A DNA stretch of 64,000 nucleotides. It comes from Phoronis australis. Lineage: Eukaryota; Animalia; Phoronida. Position 1 is the first letter of the stretch, and every line of letters starts with the position of its first letter. Shown piece after piece: positions 37,235-51,953 of this stretch. The position numbers were made by a program, and so were the translations under genes. The stretch is from positions 62,504 through 126,503 of the forward strand of contig NMRA01000728.1 of the NCBI GenBank assembly GCA_002633005.1, given 5' to 3'. The notes beneath the pieces were generated by a model. That model made no database searches, was not told the DNA's origin, and saw nothing but the letters and a program-made list of their open reading frames with translations.

Positions 37235-40200
37235 AAGGGGTTGAAAGCAAACGAAAGCTACTTTTTTTGCATCAAAACTAGGTCACGGCCAAAAAACTTA
37301 GATTTTATCATTCAAGAACACAACTAAATCAGTTTCCTGGCATTTGCTTTCAACAAATTCCTCAAACAACCAGCCAAACCTGGCATACGCCCTGCATTTA
37401 TAAATTCTAGGGACTAGAAAATGCCCCGTGACTGCAGCCTAACTGTTCAGTGCCACCTAACCCTTGCCCCCAAGATCCTTTCTAGAAACTTCCACGAGAT
37501 GGCTCTGTCGTACAATTTCCTCGGTACACTGTAGCAAGTCTCTATGCTTCAACTACTGTAGATCATCTGAGTTTCTTTTTGACTTAAGAGCACGTCCACG
37601 AATGGACCAGGCAAAAAGTGATAAAGGCTATGTCACGGATTTCCTCGATTGTTTGCATGATGGTAGGGGTTGATGCCCCAACCTTCATACCAACATTAAT
37701 TTTTTTGCGTGCGCCACCTTCTGGTTGCTATGGGAACGTGTTGTTTTTCTGCCAATTCCAAGCCTCGTTACAGCTACATTTTGGCACTTTTTGCGAACTT
37801 ACCTTGANTGCATGCACAAATTTCGGGCAACTTAAAATGGATCTATTCTTACTAATTACTTAATCAATATTTATTCAGACATCTACTGTGTTCCAGTGTT
37901 CTGGAGACAAAGATCTTACGATGGATGCGGGATGCTGCCGTTCGCCCAATACTAGCCGTAGATTCACATTACTAGGGTCATGCGCAGTGCAGTTAAATAA
38001 TTTGAAGGGGGAGACGCCATGTAAACAACTCAGTGCTGTGCTCTAAGAACCAGGGAAAGAATGCTTTCCGCAACCAGTTGGTGAAGAATGTGACTGAGGC
38101 TTTGAATTTGGTGACCATCGGGCCATGGTTGGTGTTTGAAATCGAAACTTTGGCCCCTTCGACTGTGATGTGAATCAGGTAAAGATTGTGGGATTGTAAA
38201 TCGAACTAAAGGGAGTAAGAAGTTGGTGCCAAAGTTTTTCACGACGTCGAGATAAAAATTGCAAAATAATGGCCAACAGAGCTGACTAAAGCTCGCCTGG
38301 TCTCCAGCTACAGCACTACAGCCCTCGTACTGCTATTCTGTTTATAATCTAGAAAGTATCAACTTACCAACGCCCTGTTGTCGCTAGTAGTAGAAATAGA
38401 AATAGTAAACATTGGTACTTGACACCCAACCACAGGCCGTCAGCTGCCAGGCCTATTATTCTGTACACTCAATAAATTATTTTTGTGAAATATTTGAAGA
38501 CTTTTGGTTAGAAAATACAGGAATAACACAAAAACAGGGTATGACAAAACATCGAATATTTTTCTGCACCCAATACTTCTGATTTTAGAAAATAACCAGT
38601 TGATGTGAAGGCGGTGTATGAATACAAAAATTGTAGTAATTGTCAATAAATACCCTAGTGTTTTATTTCAAACATTTTACAATTGGTTTCATTCCTACAC
38701 TGTTCAGAACTTGATGTTAAATTCGTAACAGTGGATATAATATTTGGACAGCTATACAATCATGAGGAAAGCTAACCTGGTCTCCAGCTACAGCACCACA
38801 GCCCTCGTACTGCTGTTCTGTTTATAACCTAGAAAGTATCAACTTACCGACACCCTGTTGTCACTAGTAGTAGAAATAGTAAACACTGGAACTTGACATC
38901 CAGCCACAAGCCATTGGCTGATAGGGCCTATTATTCTGTACACTAGATAAATTATTTCTATGAACTATTTCAAGACTTTTCGTTAGAAAAAACAAGAACA
39001 CCACAAAAAACAGGGTATGACATAACATCAAAAAATTTTTCTACACCCAATACTTATGATTTTACAAAATGACCAGTTGATATGAAGGCGGTGTATAAAT
39101 ACAACAGTTGTAGTTATTGTCAATAAATACCCTATTGTTTTATTTCAAACATTTTAAAATTAGTTTCGTTCCTACACTGTTTAGAACTTGATGTTACTTT
39201 CGTAACAGTGGATATTATATTTTGACAGCTATATAATATACTACGAACTATTTTACTTGAGCAATGATACTGTATTAGCATGGGTAAGTTGATTTAGTTT
39301 GGTCACTAGTGTTATTCATGTAAATGAATAATATTGAGTAGGACAAGAAACAAAATAATGGCAGAATTTTCTGAAGTTGGTGGCAGTTGCTAAGCTGTCG
39401 ACGAATGTGGACAATATACCAACGGAATTATTGTATGAATTCCAAATGGTGACTTAATCGTCGGATGATTCCCGGTTGGCCCGGTCAAAACATCAAACGG
39501 TTGGTAGAAGCCGAATCACGAAACTATTGCTACCAAACCAACAAAAATGAGCGAGGTAAGATAATATACTTGAAAAAACTTCTATCTGAGGCAGAAGGCT
39601 CGTCACACACAGAAGAGGATCAGACGTACTCGTTAAAATTGTGGTTCTGTAATCGCAAAAAGTAACCCAAAATGAGGTACACGCAATGATAATAGGAAAA
39701 TGTGGCAAAATGCGAAAGAATTTACCATCTCTCACTGAGTCCAGATCAAATATAAAATCGTACATGTGTTCGATTCTCATGAGAGCATTACAGCAAGTTA
39801 AAGTATATACCCTTACCATTGACTAAAAAGTGGCAATCCCAGGCAGTTTGAAAAAGTTGAACTCTGGCATTTTTCGTACAGAATTTTCTATCAATAAAAA
39901 AACAATTTGGTTGAGGTAAAAAGCCCATTTAGTCCGTAAAATTAAAATGGACTAAACAGAAAGGAAATATCAAAATTTAAAAAACAACGCTTTACCAATG
40001 TTTGTATTTATCTGAGAACATAATAAACTATTTAATAAGCTAGAGAGGTCATTTAAAATCTTATTGTTGAAGAAAATGAAGAATACCCTTCGTGAACCAA
40101 TCAGATTATCCACTCATAAAAATAAGCCCCTTAAGACGGAGCCAGAATATTCTCATTAACATTTAACTTGTGCAGTACAACTGTGTAATATTGTTATAAC

Positions 40201-42014
40201 TTTTAATTGGTTTGAGTTTGTTTTTGGTCCATTGATCTTCGTGTCCTCACTCTAAAATCCCTCGGCCATATGTTGCTGCCAGGGATAACGTTTTTCAAAT
40301 TATCGTTAATGTTACTAGGTTGTTTCTTTATTGAATGCTGTCATGAAATCAGTGTTCGTTTTAAAATTACTTGTAAGGTAGCACGTAGCATTAGTACTAT
40401 TAAGCTAACAGATTTCAGACGGTAATTGTCTGTGTCAACTTGTTTTGTTTAATATGAGCAACTTCTATGTCCCTTCCAGTATTCACACGATGTTTTGTTT
40501 ATTTCTGTAGTAAAAATGCTGACCTGCAGTTCATTCATATAGCATTGCAAGAGAAAAGATGGTCTTTAGCAAATACGGCAGAAAAAGTGGTAGCTGCTTT
40601 CTGTATGATTTCGCCCGAGTGATTTCGGTTAAAATACAACAGAATGAAAAAATGATGACCGTTACCTAAACAGGAATATCGGAGCTTACAATCTCCAGCT
40701 GTGGTGATTGGACTTGTCCTGTTCCAAGCATATTTCCATGTACTGGCTTTCGGGGACCCAAATCAGACTTAAATCAAATATGAACAGAATTGGACTGCTC
40801 AAAGGCGAACACATTTCCTTTATATGTGAGCGATACTAAGATGTTTTATAATGTCTTTTAAAAGCATTTACACGTTAGGAAAAAATATCGTTGTTAACTT
40901 CCTGTGGTTGAAAATATTCTTATACATGTAACTGCTAAAAATTCATTCAGTGAATGAATGTGCTTGTTTAGTAAACCAAGTGAAAATTTAGAAATAATTC
41001 CGATATCCGTGTGGCTTGCTGAACATCCATTGATTGTCCTAAAACAGATATCTGTGTATACAACAGTTTATAAGTGTTTGTATGTGGTTCCTACTCTAAC
41101 TCACATTGTTATGTTCATTTCTGCACCACTATACTTCTGAATGAATGATTATTGTTCTTCTGGATCCATGTTGTTTTAGTTATTTTCAGAAGGTCTGCTG
41201 GATGTTAAAGTTTGACAATGTGTTCAGTTCCACCAACTTTGATTCTAATTTTCTCTCATTAGATATTTGTCAGTCTTTCTTGAATACACAGGTTGTGATG
41301 AAGAAAAATATTTGTTTTTTTATTTTACATAAGCTTAGTTGGGACTGAGCAGTGGCAGATCTACGTTTTTAGTAAGGGGAGCGGGGGGTTAGGATTTGCG
41401 AGAATATGAGGCGCGTAGCTCCGAGCGGAGGGAAAGTCGGGAAGGTGTTTCTCCCCACCCGTGTAAGATTTTTTTTCAATATCTGATTTCGTTTTCCTGG
41501 CAACAGTTTCTTAATCTTTTTTTAATCGTGTCCCTAGGGGGGTTGAACCCCATGAACCCCCCTCCCTCGTAGATCCGCCTCTGCAGTAGAACTGCAAGCG
41601 GTACTTGAATTCATTCCTATCTCTTGGACCTTCCAGGGTTCTGGTTTGATCCATAGGTTTTGAGAAGTTTCTTCATTTACTTAGGACATTGCATGAAAAT
41701 AATGAGATTCTGAGTGTATTGTTAAAATAGGTATATAGGGTCTTCAGTTGTCTCACTGGTTCAGCTTTATGGTTCCTGCTGTTCATGTTACCAAAGAAAG
41801 CTCGCCATTGCTATGAACTGTGTGTCAGTTTGAGTCATATCCCTCAAATTTTTTTTAAATGCAACAGATCTTGGAAATTAGTTCCATCCAGTCAGTGGTG
41901 GTTTTCAGTATGGGTCTGATGTGTCTGTCAGCAATTAGCCTGGTGTTTATTGTAGTTACATATTGTTTATGATAAGGCCCTGAAAATTGTGAGACCAGGC
42001 CAACTTTGGTCATG
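37235..42014. repeat. Multi-kb non-coding repeat with an internal ~480-bp tandem duplication (38289..38760 / 38768..39235) and a putative ~24-bp TIR pair at 38761 and 42014
   Basis: Colinear with 61511..64000 and, from ~39285, with 42165..45855. catgaggaaagctaacctggtctc matches the reverse complement of gagaccaggccaactttggtcatg. Confidence 0.8.
41350..41583. mobile_element. CAGTGGC-type MITE
   Basis: TIR cagtggcagatctacg...cgtagatccgcctctg; absent from the paralogous position near 45450. Confidence 0.75.
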
Positions 42015-42164
42015 ATACTACAAACTATTTTACTTGAGTAATGATATTTGAATGTCTGTAGCACACCCTTGTGAAAGAGCGCATCGCTCTATACGTGGGG
42101 ATATTTTAATATATTTTTGTATCGACGCTCGTCATTTTAGTTTTACTAGTTTTACTATTTTATA

Positions 42165-45100
42165 TTTGCATGGGTTAAATGGTTTAGCAAACGTCACTAG
42201 TGTCATTCTTGTAAATGAATACTATTGAGTAGGACAACAAACAAAATAATGGCAGAATTTTCTAAAGTTGGTGACAGTTGCTAAGCTGTCGACGATTGTG
42301 GACATTGGACCAACAGATTTATTGTATCAATTCCAAATGGTGACTTAATTGTCGGATAATTCCCGGTTGGTCCGGCCACAACATCAAAAGGTTGATGGAA
42401 GCCGAATCAGGAAACGATTACTACCAAACAACAAGATAACCGAGGTAAGATAATATACTTATGCTGTTTTTCAATATTATGCATGAAACTTTTGTTGTTA
42501 AAATCTAGTTTTCAGTGCCTTTTAAATTCATCCGCTGAGCTTAAGAAGCGTAAAAAGGAGTTTTCTACAAAAATAATTTTGAAAAACGTCATTTTGGTAA
42601 AACAACGGGTTTTAGAGTGAGAATGCCATAGTAATCCAGAAGGCTGATTAATTTTTTCCACGAAGTCGCACTCTTTTAATCTGCTTTGCATTAACTGGGA
42701 ATACTTTTTGATTGTTAGTGGTTTTCAGGACATTATTGATAACAATTTATATAGAGAATGTATGATACATTATTAACCTAAATCAGCCAATCCGGTGTTT
42801 GTTTATTCATTATTCATAGTTTTTCGTTTGAATGTGTAAATTTAATACTTGTTCGATAAATAGAATTAAAGAAAAATAATTCTTGTTACGAACAAGGATA
42901 AAAGGCAAAGCACCCCCTCAACAGGCTTGCTGTTGACTTCAGGTAATTCAAGTCGTGGAAAATATTGTAACGCATGATCCCGAAATGTGACTGAAGCTAA
43001 GCAAGGTGACCTGACAGCTTAATGCGCTAATGTCAGAATTTTATTAATTGATCTTTTTCATAGTTGAATGTAACGTCTTTCATAAGGTAACTATAAAAAT
43101 TCAAGTTCCTATCTCAAAAATGATAGAAAAATCTACTACTTATTTGCGTTTTCTTGGTCTCAGAATTTGTTAGGTTATGTGTTCAGTCACAAGACATCAC
43201 CAAAATACCCCCAAAACATTGAAAATAACTATATATGTACTCCCAGTACCCAGTGCTCTTCAATTAAGTATTATTAACATTTACAATTGCAATCACTAAA
43301 TGGTAATTCGTTTTATGTTATGTCACTGTTTGTTTCATTAGACTTTGGCACCCAGGATTCTTAATACGTTTTTGGTATTTAATGGATTGAACTAAGACAA
43401 AAAAGCGTTCCAAATATGCCAAGCTGTGAACAATAGTTTTCCTACATGAAAAATTTCTATCTGAGGCCAGAGGCGGATCTACAGAAGGGGGGTTCAGGGG
43501 ATTCAGCTCCCTCCACTTTGGACAGGATCAAAAATAAAAATTGAAAAAATGTAACCAGAAAAAAGAAATCAGATCCTAAAAACCACAAAAAATCTTTCAC
43601 GGGAGGAAGAAACCCCTCCCAACCTTCCCTCCGATCGTTGCAACCCTCTCGGATTCGCTCGAAACCTAACCCTCCCCCTCTCCTTTCTGAATACGTAGAT
43701 ATGTCACTGGAGGCATAAGGCTCGTCACACACAGAAGAGGATCAGACGTACTCATTAATATTGTGCTTTTATAATCGCAAAAACTAACCCGAAATGAGGT
43801 ACACTCACGCAATGATAATGGGAAAAGGTAGCAAAACCCGAAAGAATTTGTCATCTCTCACTAAGTCCAGATCAACTATAAAATCGTACTTGTGTTTGAT
43901 TCTCACAGCAGCATTACAGCAAGTTAAAGTATATACCTTTACCATGGACTTATAAGTGGCAATCCCAGGCAGTGTGTCGGCAAAAGTTGAACTTTCTATC
44001 AATAAAAAACAGTTTGGTTGCGGTAAAAAGCCATTTAAAACGGACTAAACAGAAAGGAAAGATTAAAATTCCACAATACAACGCTTTACCGATGTTTGCA
44101 TAGATCTGAGAACAAGAAAACTAATTAATAAGCTATAGATATCATTTCAAAATCGTGTTGAAGAAAAAGAAGAACACCCTAGTCTATAAGAAACATGAAC
44201 AAATCATATTATCCACTCATAAAAATAAGCTCCTTAAGCCTGACGTATTGTGAATAGGCCAGAATATTCTCATTTACATCTAACTTGCGCAGTACAGCAA
44301 TATCCATGTAATGTTGTTACAATTTTTAATTTGTTTGATTTTTGGTCCATTTTATCTTCGTCTCATCACTCTAAAATCACTCGGCCATCTGTTGATGCCA
44401 GGGATGAGATTTTTTTTTTTCAAGTTACTAAGTTGTTTCTTTATTGAATGCTGTCACGAAATCCATGTTCATTTTAAATTCACTTTTAAGGTAGCACATA
44501 CCATAGTGCCATTTAGCTAACAGATTTCAGACAGTAATTATCTTTGTGTCTTCTTGCATTATTTCATATGAGTAATTTCTATGTTGCGTCAAGTATTCAT
44601 ACGATGTTTTGCTTATTTCTGTAATAAACATGCTGTCCTACTGCTCATTCATAGAAGCATTGCCAGAGGCAAGATGATCATTTAACACCTGTAGCAGGAA
44701 ATGTGACTTCGCACGAGTGATTTCGGATCGGTAAAATATAGCAGGAAAAAATAACGAGGGTTACGTAAACAGGAACATAGGAGCTTACAATCTCCAGCTG
44801 TGGTGATTGGTATTGTCCTGTTCCCAGCCTATTTTTCTCACTATGTACTGCCTTTCGGGCCCAAATCACACTTTAATTAAAATTTAATATGAGCAGAATT
44901 CGACAGCTTAATGCATGCACTTCACGAAGGCGAACACATTTCCTTTATATGAGCGATACTATGAGGGAAATTTTGTTTTATAATGTCTTAAGCATTTACA
45001 CGTTAGGAAAATATTAACGTTGTTAACTTCTTATACATATAACTGCTACAAATTCATTCACTGAATGAATGTGCGTATTTAATAAACCAAGTGAAAAGTT

Positions 45101-45855
45101 ATAAATAATTACAATATTCATGTGGCCTGCTGAACATCCATTAATTGTGCTACAACTCATATCTGTGTATACCCCAGTTTATAAGTGTTTGTATGTGGTT
45201 CCTATTCTACGTCACCTTGTTATGTTCATTTCTACACCAGTATACTTCTAAATTAATGATTATTGTTCTTCTGGATCCATTTTGTTTTAATTATTGTCTG
45301 CAGGTCGGATGGATGTGAAAGTTTGCCAATGTATTCAGTTCCAGCAACTTTGATTCTAATTGTCTCTCATTAGATGTTTTGCAGTCTTTCTTGAATAAAC
45401 AGGTTGTGATGAAGACATTGCAGTTGTTTATTTACATAAGTAATACCTTATAGTTGGTAGAACTACAAGTGGTATGTGAATTCATTGTCATTTCTTGGAC
45501 CTTCCTGAGTTCTGGTTTGATCTGTAGGTATTGAAATTTCTCCATTTACGTTGGACAATGCTTTGATTAACGTTCGCATAAAAATGGTGAGATTCTGAGC
45601 GTATGCTTAAAATACGTATTTCGGGTTTTCAGTTGTCTCACTGGTTCATCTGTATAATTCCTGCTGTTCACTTTACCACAGAAAGCTTGCCGTGGCTATA
45701 AGCTGTTTCTCAGTTTGGGTAATATCCCTCAAAGTGTTTATTCAATGCAACTGGTATTGAAAAGTATTTCCATCCATTCATTTGTGGTTTTCAGCAAGGG
45801 TGTGATGTGTCTGGCAGCAATTAGCCTGGTGCTTATTGTAGTTAGATATTGTTTG
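42165..45855. repeat. Second, more diverged tandem copy of 39285..41960, with a ~1-kb insert (42461..43445) and a MITE
   Basis: Long colinear matches, for example ctaagctgtcgacga, ggctcgtcacacacagaagaggatcagacgtactc and ggagcttacaatctccagctgtggtgattgg. Confidence 0.85.
43468..43709. mobile_element. hAT-like MITE with a 5-bp TSD (GAGGC)
   Basis: GAGGC|cagaggcggatctac...gtagatatgtcactg|GAGGC. The empty site tctgaggcagaagg is in the paralogues at ~39586 and ~63752. Confidence 0.85.
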
Positions 45856-46331
45856 AAGTTCCTATGGTAAGTCTAATTTGTTCTCACTCAAGCCCCCTTA
45901 CTGTTTATCTGCCCAGGGACTCACTTTTACGCATCTGAGATGTCTAGCAATATCGCCCACCACCGAAGACTATGATAGGGTCTACACAGAAGTGCAGCCA
46001 ATGGTGAATTCAAACTTCTCACGAAAACACTGTTGTTCTGAGCAAGTATTTTATTCCTCAAACTAAAAACCACATTACAATACACACAACTCTGTGATAA
46101 TCACATATATGTTGATTAAGGTTATGTTTTGACGGTATGTTATAAAATCGTGCATAAACGAAAACTTCTTCCTTGACGTAGGCTATATGAATCGTCGCCA
46201 ACTCGAAGGCAATGGGTTAGTTCAACAAGATTGTGTTGTGCGGGTTTGGCGAATTCGCGTAAGTCTCGGCAGGCTTCCAAAATGCGAAAGAGGAGCACGT
46301 GATCCCGCTCACTTCCACTCGTTAATGACTA

Positions 46332-46471
46332 GGGGCGCGTTCCGTGAACGCAAGTCACTTGTGTGAAGCTAGTGTGGTCACGTGATTCACTTGTAGTTCA
46401 TGGTGACGTCTCGCAAAGACTTGCGTGATCTCGCTTTTCTCGCAAGAAACTTGTTCTAAGGAACGTAACCC
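46332..46471. mobile_element. Small Harbinger-like MITE
   Basis: Imperfect TIR gggcgcgttccgtgaacgcaagt / acttgttctaaggaacgtaaccc. Confidence 0.5.
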
Positions 46472-47588
46472 GGCCTCAGTGAACTCGGTGTTTTCTGACG
46501 TACAAGCATGTAGTTTGAGGCACCTATACTCAAATTCAAATCACACCTTCTTGTATACGGCTGTACCAGAAATCTCTTTGCATGAAAATGTCTGAAAATG
46601 AAAATAGGATAAAAGTGTCATATTTATTTCCTTTTAAAAAGAACAAATGTTAAATCATAACCTGGAACACATTGTATCCTGTTGGACGATTCATGCATGC
46701 AGGGACGTGTAACTGCGTGCCTAATGGAAACAAATTGTTTAATTTCCATTATTTTTTGTTAGTTACACATGAACTCAACAAAACAAAGTACAAACTGAAA
46801 GGGCTCTGAAGAGTGACACTTGTTAAAACGAACTTAGAATTAGAGGTCAACGACGAAAGCAAAAATATGAAGGAATACGGCGACGTGTGGGTCCATTTTT
46901 ACGTCACTGGCGCGTGACATCTAATCGCGACGGTTTCTAAGTCAGAAACAGGCCACTAACGTGGTTTAGGGTATTGGCGACTCGGACAGGAGAAAGGGNT
47001 CGCAAAGACTTGCGTGATCTCGCTTTTCTCGCAAGAAACTTGTTCTAAGGAACGTAACCCGGCCTCAGTGAACTCGGTGTTTTCTGACGTACAAGCATGT
47101 AGTTTGAGGCACCTATACTCAAATTCAAATCACACCTTCTTGTATACGGCTGTACCAGAAATCTCTTTGCATGAAAATGTCTGAAAATGAAAATAGGATA
47201 AAAGTGTCATATTTATTTCCTTTTAAAAAGAACAAATGTTAAATCATAACCTGGAACACATTGTATCCTGTTGGACGATTCATGCATGCATGCAGGGACG
47301 TGTAACTGCGTGCCTAATGGAAACAAATTGTTTAATTCCCATTATTTTTTGTTAGTTACACATGAACTCAACAAAACAAAGTACAAACTGAAAGGGCTCT
47401 GAAGAGTGACACTTGTTAAAACGAACTTAGAATTAGAGGTCAACGACGAACGCAAAAATATGAAGGAATACGGCGACGTGTGGGTCCATTTTTACGTCAC
47501 TGGCACGTGACATCTAATCGCGACGGTTTCTAAGTCAGAAACAGGCCACTAACGTGGTTTAGGGTATTGGCTACTCGGACAGGAGAAA
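46411..47588. repeat. Duplication across n46999 (46411..46998 vs 47000..47588) that copies FABP-A exon 4 to 46541..46591
   Basis: Almost identical copies joined at a single N. Confidence 0.85.
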
Positions 47589-50500
47589 GAGGGCACAGAG
47601 GGTGGAAGCAATGGGAGAGAGCAAGGGGTGAATCGGTGTATTGTGATGTCGATTGGGAGAGAGGAAAAGAGAAAACAAAAACAAATGGAGACTTGCAAGT
47701 GTTTGCTGGGTTGATGGACATAGTTTTTGTGTGAGAGGGGGGGGGGCGTCACAAGTTCGTTCTCCCNCCAGCCATGTTGAAATGTTAGATTATCCATTAG
47801 CTCTCGTCATTTTGGCGTACGCGGTCACAGGTAATAGTTTATGAACCACTCACTGTTGTCATAGTGTCGCCGTCAATCTTTCTTGTCATATCTACACTGG
47901 CGACTCCGTAGTCGTGAATTTCTCTCCAAGTGTTGTCATCAACTTTGGTCAAAGTCACTTTGACCTGTAGAATAATGATATGTAGTATCAGCACAAAGTA
48001 CACGACCGTATTTGATATTTGATATACAAGGGATGTCCACCAAAAACAATGCTTCATATTAAAATACTCAAAAATATGTATACCATTTGTTTTTCACTCC
48101 TTTACTTTCCCAGACATTCGAGACATTGATATTTTATTACACACATGTGTGATTTCAAAGGGATCGATTTTAGTGGTGGTTGACAGTTACAAGAAGAGGC
48201 TCAAGTTTAAAATAGTAAGCTGCATGCCATTGAAATAACGAAACACTTTCTCACAAACTTGCCATGACAACAATTTATATATACCATTTAAAAGATAGAT
48301 AAATTACTGGCTTGAAGCTGCCCAATTTCGTATTGATTGGCAACACGCATGGAGTAATTTGTTTCGCATGTTTCGTTTCAGGTAGTAAGTAAAACGAAAT
48401 CTCTTTACGATCTTTTCAGCGAATCACACAGGTACAAATCATTCCTAATAGAAGCATTTTAGTTTTATGCTCAACCAAACTGAATCTTTTGAAAAGTGTA
48501 ACGACTGAAATGAGCCCGTGATTTTCTTCATATTACCAACTTAAGTAATATTTCTGATACCATGAACCTTGACTGCTTCTTTCAGTCATCATGTGACTTC
48601 CATTTTCTGACAAGAGTTTTTAACGAAACCGTGACGAGTACTCACATACAGGAATTTCTTTATTTAAGAGCGAAGACCAAATAATACATTTACCATTGTT
48701 CATCATGAGAATTAGTTCTTTAAAAGAGCACACCATGTTATAGCCATTTTCTTGTTGCCGTAATATATTGAAGCATGCGATGTAAGCCCAACGTCGAAAA
48801 TGTCAGTGAATGAAAAAAATGCCTTTTGTCTTCGTCATTTCCGTCCATTTTGTCCCACAAAATTTGAGTCTCGCAACATAAAGAATTGTTTTCCGTGTGT
48901 TTGCTCTACTAAAAACGTTGAGATTAATGACGGCGTCCACCTAAACAACTACCGATCTGCAATTGAAAAACTTTTGTCTCGCGAACATATATTTTTACGA
49001 TATAAGGAGAATAAAGGAGGGAACTTCCCTGGATGTAGACTTTACGATCATGTGAATATGAGTCTGGATAAAAAGAAAAAAATTCAACGTCTTACCACAT
49101 GATATCTGGATGACAGCGCACGTAACTTAACAGACACGTGGCCTGGACCACCAGTGGACACTTAAGACCTTCCAGATGCAGTCCAAGTGGCGTGGAAGCA
49201 GTTTTTTCTACCGTAATTTTTGCTAAGAAATGACTTGGAGTCTTATCACCAAGAATAAGAGCACAATGCGAGACAACTACTGTACGACTTCTACGGTGCC
49301 TGTTTCAATCTCGGACTAATATTATTGGTCTGATTTTGAATCTATCCGACATATGCCTGCTTGGTCGACTGATGAGCTGGCGTAAACAATGTGAATGCGC
49401 TCAAAAACTTGGAATCAAGATATCCGCGCAGCGTGCAACAGCTCATATGCTTCCCAGGGATCTATGTGGATGATACAGTGCGTGGTTACAGTTTCAGTGA
49501 AACATAATCTAAAACACATCGTAGAGATTATGTTGCTTATTAGGCCCCATTGACTTTGCGCATGAGGGACCGTCGCAACCGTAACTATGGTAGGCGTGGC
49601 TTGACTACATTCGTCGAAACTATCTATTGTACGAAGAGCGCAAAAAGACCAATCCCATCTACTACCAGTCACAAGCCCAACTCCACTGACCTATGCGAAT
49701 ACAAATGACGAATTGAAATGCCTGACCTTCCCCTGTTTGTTTTGCCTGGACTTTTCCCGTCTGGTCCAACGTTTATAGGTTTTCATAATTAGGTCAATAG
49801 GAAACAGTGCAAACGTGTTATCACCGACACCAATTTTACGACCCTATTCAAGCACATTGAAGTAAAAACGAAATATTACAACAGTTATCTGCCTTATTTT
49901 TTCATACTTGGCCTTCTTTTCCATCAGGCAGAGGGAACTTGGAAGTGACCTCTTCCCCCAGGGTGATGTCAAGTTCCTGGGTGCTCATCTTGTTCACGCT
50001 CTTCACGTGGTATTTGGTGCCGTCAATTTTGGTGAACGTCACTTCCGGCTTGGCTTCTTTGATCTCGTTCCATTTCTCGACCGGAAAAGCTGAAAGTGTG
50101 TCGCAGTATTACTATGAGATATCATGCAGATGAGTAACAGGTCACTAACGGGGGATAAAGTAACTGGCATGCCAGTAGACCATTGACCCGTTTGTAGGGC
50201 CAGGGAGAAATGGATAGAACGGTCTCGATCCATCTTGTTTAACCAAACCACAAAAACAATATTCCTGAGAAAACTGTTTAATATCTGCAAAGTAGTAAAC
50301 ACGCAACCAGTTCTTGACTGACGGTGCAGCCATGTTGGTTAGGGCAATGATTATTGAACATGCCTAGAACATTTTAGTAATCAAGTAAAATTTAGAGGTC
50401 AGGAATTGTTTTTATCTAAATTTCTAAATTGTCTTGTCCATCGTACGAAGCAAACATTCGCAAAGTTTTGTGAAATCAACAAACTTCCATACAGTCCTTT

Positions 50501-50950
50501 GCGAGCCAGCGTTTGATACGTTGCAAGCGTGCAGTGTGTATATGTTAACAATAGCAACGTAAACAAGAACAAAAGCGGGCCCAGGTACCTCCTGTCGAAA
50601 TAGAGTTGTTTCTCAGGAACTTATGAGTCTTTTGAAATCATTGAAGATCATAAATAGCTCCATTTTTTCAAGTGTTGGCCATAGTTTCTGCCTAGAACAT
50701 CTCCAGAAACTTGTAGTGAATAGTAAAACTATTTGGTGGTAAACCAGTCTTGTTGACATGTTTCAGTCCGTTACCACTTCGGTCCTTCAGGCACGATAAA
50801 CCGATTTACACGCCGCATTTATCTCTACTTATTTGAAACTAGTCACCTTCATTATTTTAGTTTCTAGAAAGACTTACATAAAATCTGTGCGATCTGTTCG
50901 TCATTTGTTGACGATTCGAATCTCCATGTTCCAACCAGTGCGTCAGCCAT
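47130..50950 (-). CDS. FABP: Fatty-acid-binding protein (iLBP/FABP family) paralogue A, 138 aa. Exons 50950..50878, 50089..49908, 47964..47854, 47180..47130
   Basis: MADALVGTWRFESSTNDE (GxW motif), KPEVTFTK, ITLGEE, TRKIDGDTMTT, TFSCKEISGTAVYKKV*. Classic FABP 4-exon layout: 73-bp exon 1, intron phases 1,0,0, 51-bp exon 4, canonical splice sites. Confidence 0.93.
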
Positions 50951-51066
50951 GTTGAATTATACGAGTAGGTTGCGTAGTCTAAATGCTTATTCACAGACGG
51001 TTACGTGTCTAGTGACAGTGCGTCGAACGAACTCTGACCGAAAGGGTGAGATTGTGTCTAGACAAA

Positions 51067-51075
51067 TTTTATATA
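51067..51075 (-). promoter_or_regulatory. Putative TATA box of FABP-A
   Basis: TATATAAAA on the minus strand ~120 bp upstream of the ATG. Confidence 0.55.
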
Positions 51076-51953
51076 CCACTATATTGACATTGAGATTAAT
51101 CTCTCACCTACTAAAAGATTAGCTCCATACACGGTAGTATGCATGGGTGATGAGTTGGCGCTAAAAGTATTATTTTGAAACCATCCAATAAGTTTCTCGG
51201 CGTCCGTTGATGTGCTTATCAATCTCTTCGCTCAACCAATGGAAATACATAGCTGTCAAACTTGTTTGACGGTACAAAATGATTAAAGATTTGTCCGTTT
51301 GATAATAACTTTGAATTCTGACAAATTACTGATAACTCCCTCTACTCTTGAACATGCAAAAACAACTTCATTTTTCAGACCAATTCCATAGTTCAACAAT
51401 TGATTCAGTTAGAATTTTAGTGTTTTATGTTGGACGGTTCACTCTCACTTCAAGATTGTGCCAACGTCCAAGTTGCTAAGGCCAATATACTTTCCACGCA
51501 TATTCGTGGCATTCAAGCTTAGTGTCAAATTTCAATGCGAAACTGCATGGTATCAAATACAACATACGAATTTTATTTTAAATGTTCTTGTTTGTGATAA
51601 TGTAGTCCTAAACTATTCGTTTGTGTTTATATCGCATTCTCGCTTTTGAACGACCTACCTATTGCGTCACTAATTCTTATACGTTCATATACACCATTAT
51701 GGTTTTAATGGTCACTTTAGCCATACGTTTTGGATTCTTAATTCAAACTGGGACATTAGGTGCCATGGCAAAACATTTCCACAGACACTGCCAAAAAATC
51801 AGTACAGTTGAAACTACACTCACGCGTATTTGAGTTGCTTCGTAAAATTGCTATTGAAACCAGATTGATGCTTTATGACAGGTTATTTACATCCAGTAAA
51901 GACTTTGTCCAAACTCTTGATAAGTTTGATTAGCCGTGTCTGGGTATTTGGGT

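Noticed and set aside
45898-45969. Alternative FABP-A last exon (SSVVGDIARHLRCVKV...)
   Set aside because: 47130..47180 has a better acceptor, the classic 51-bp size and clear similarity to FABP-B exon 4.
46541-46591. Third FABP gene or alternative terminal exon
   Set aside because: Identical to 47130..47180 and inside an N-joined overlap.
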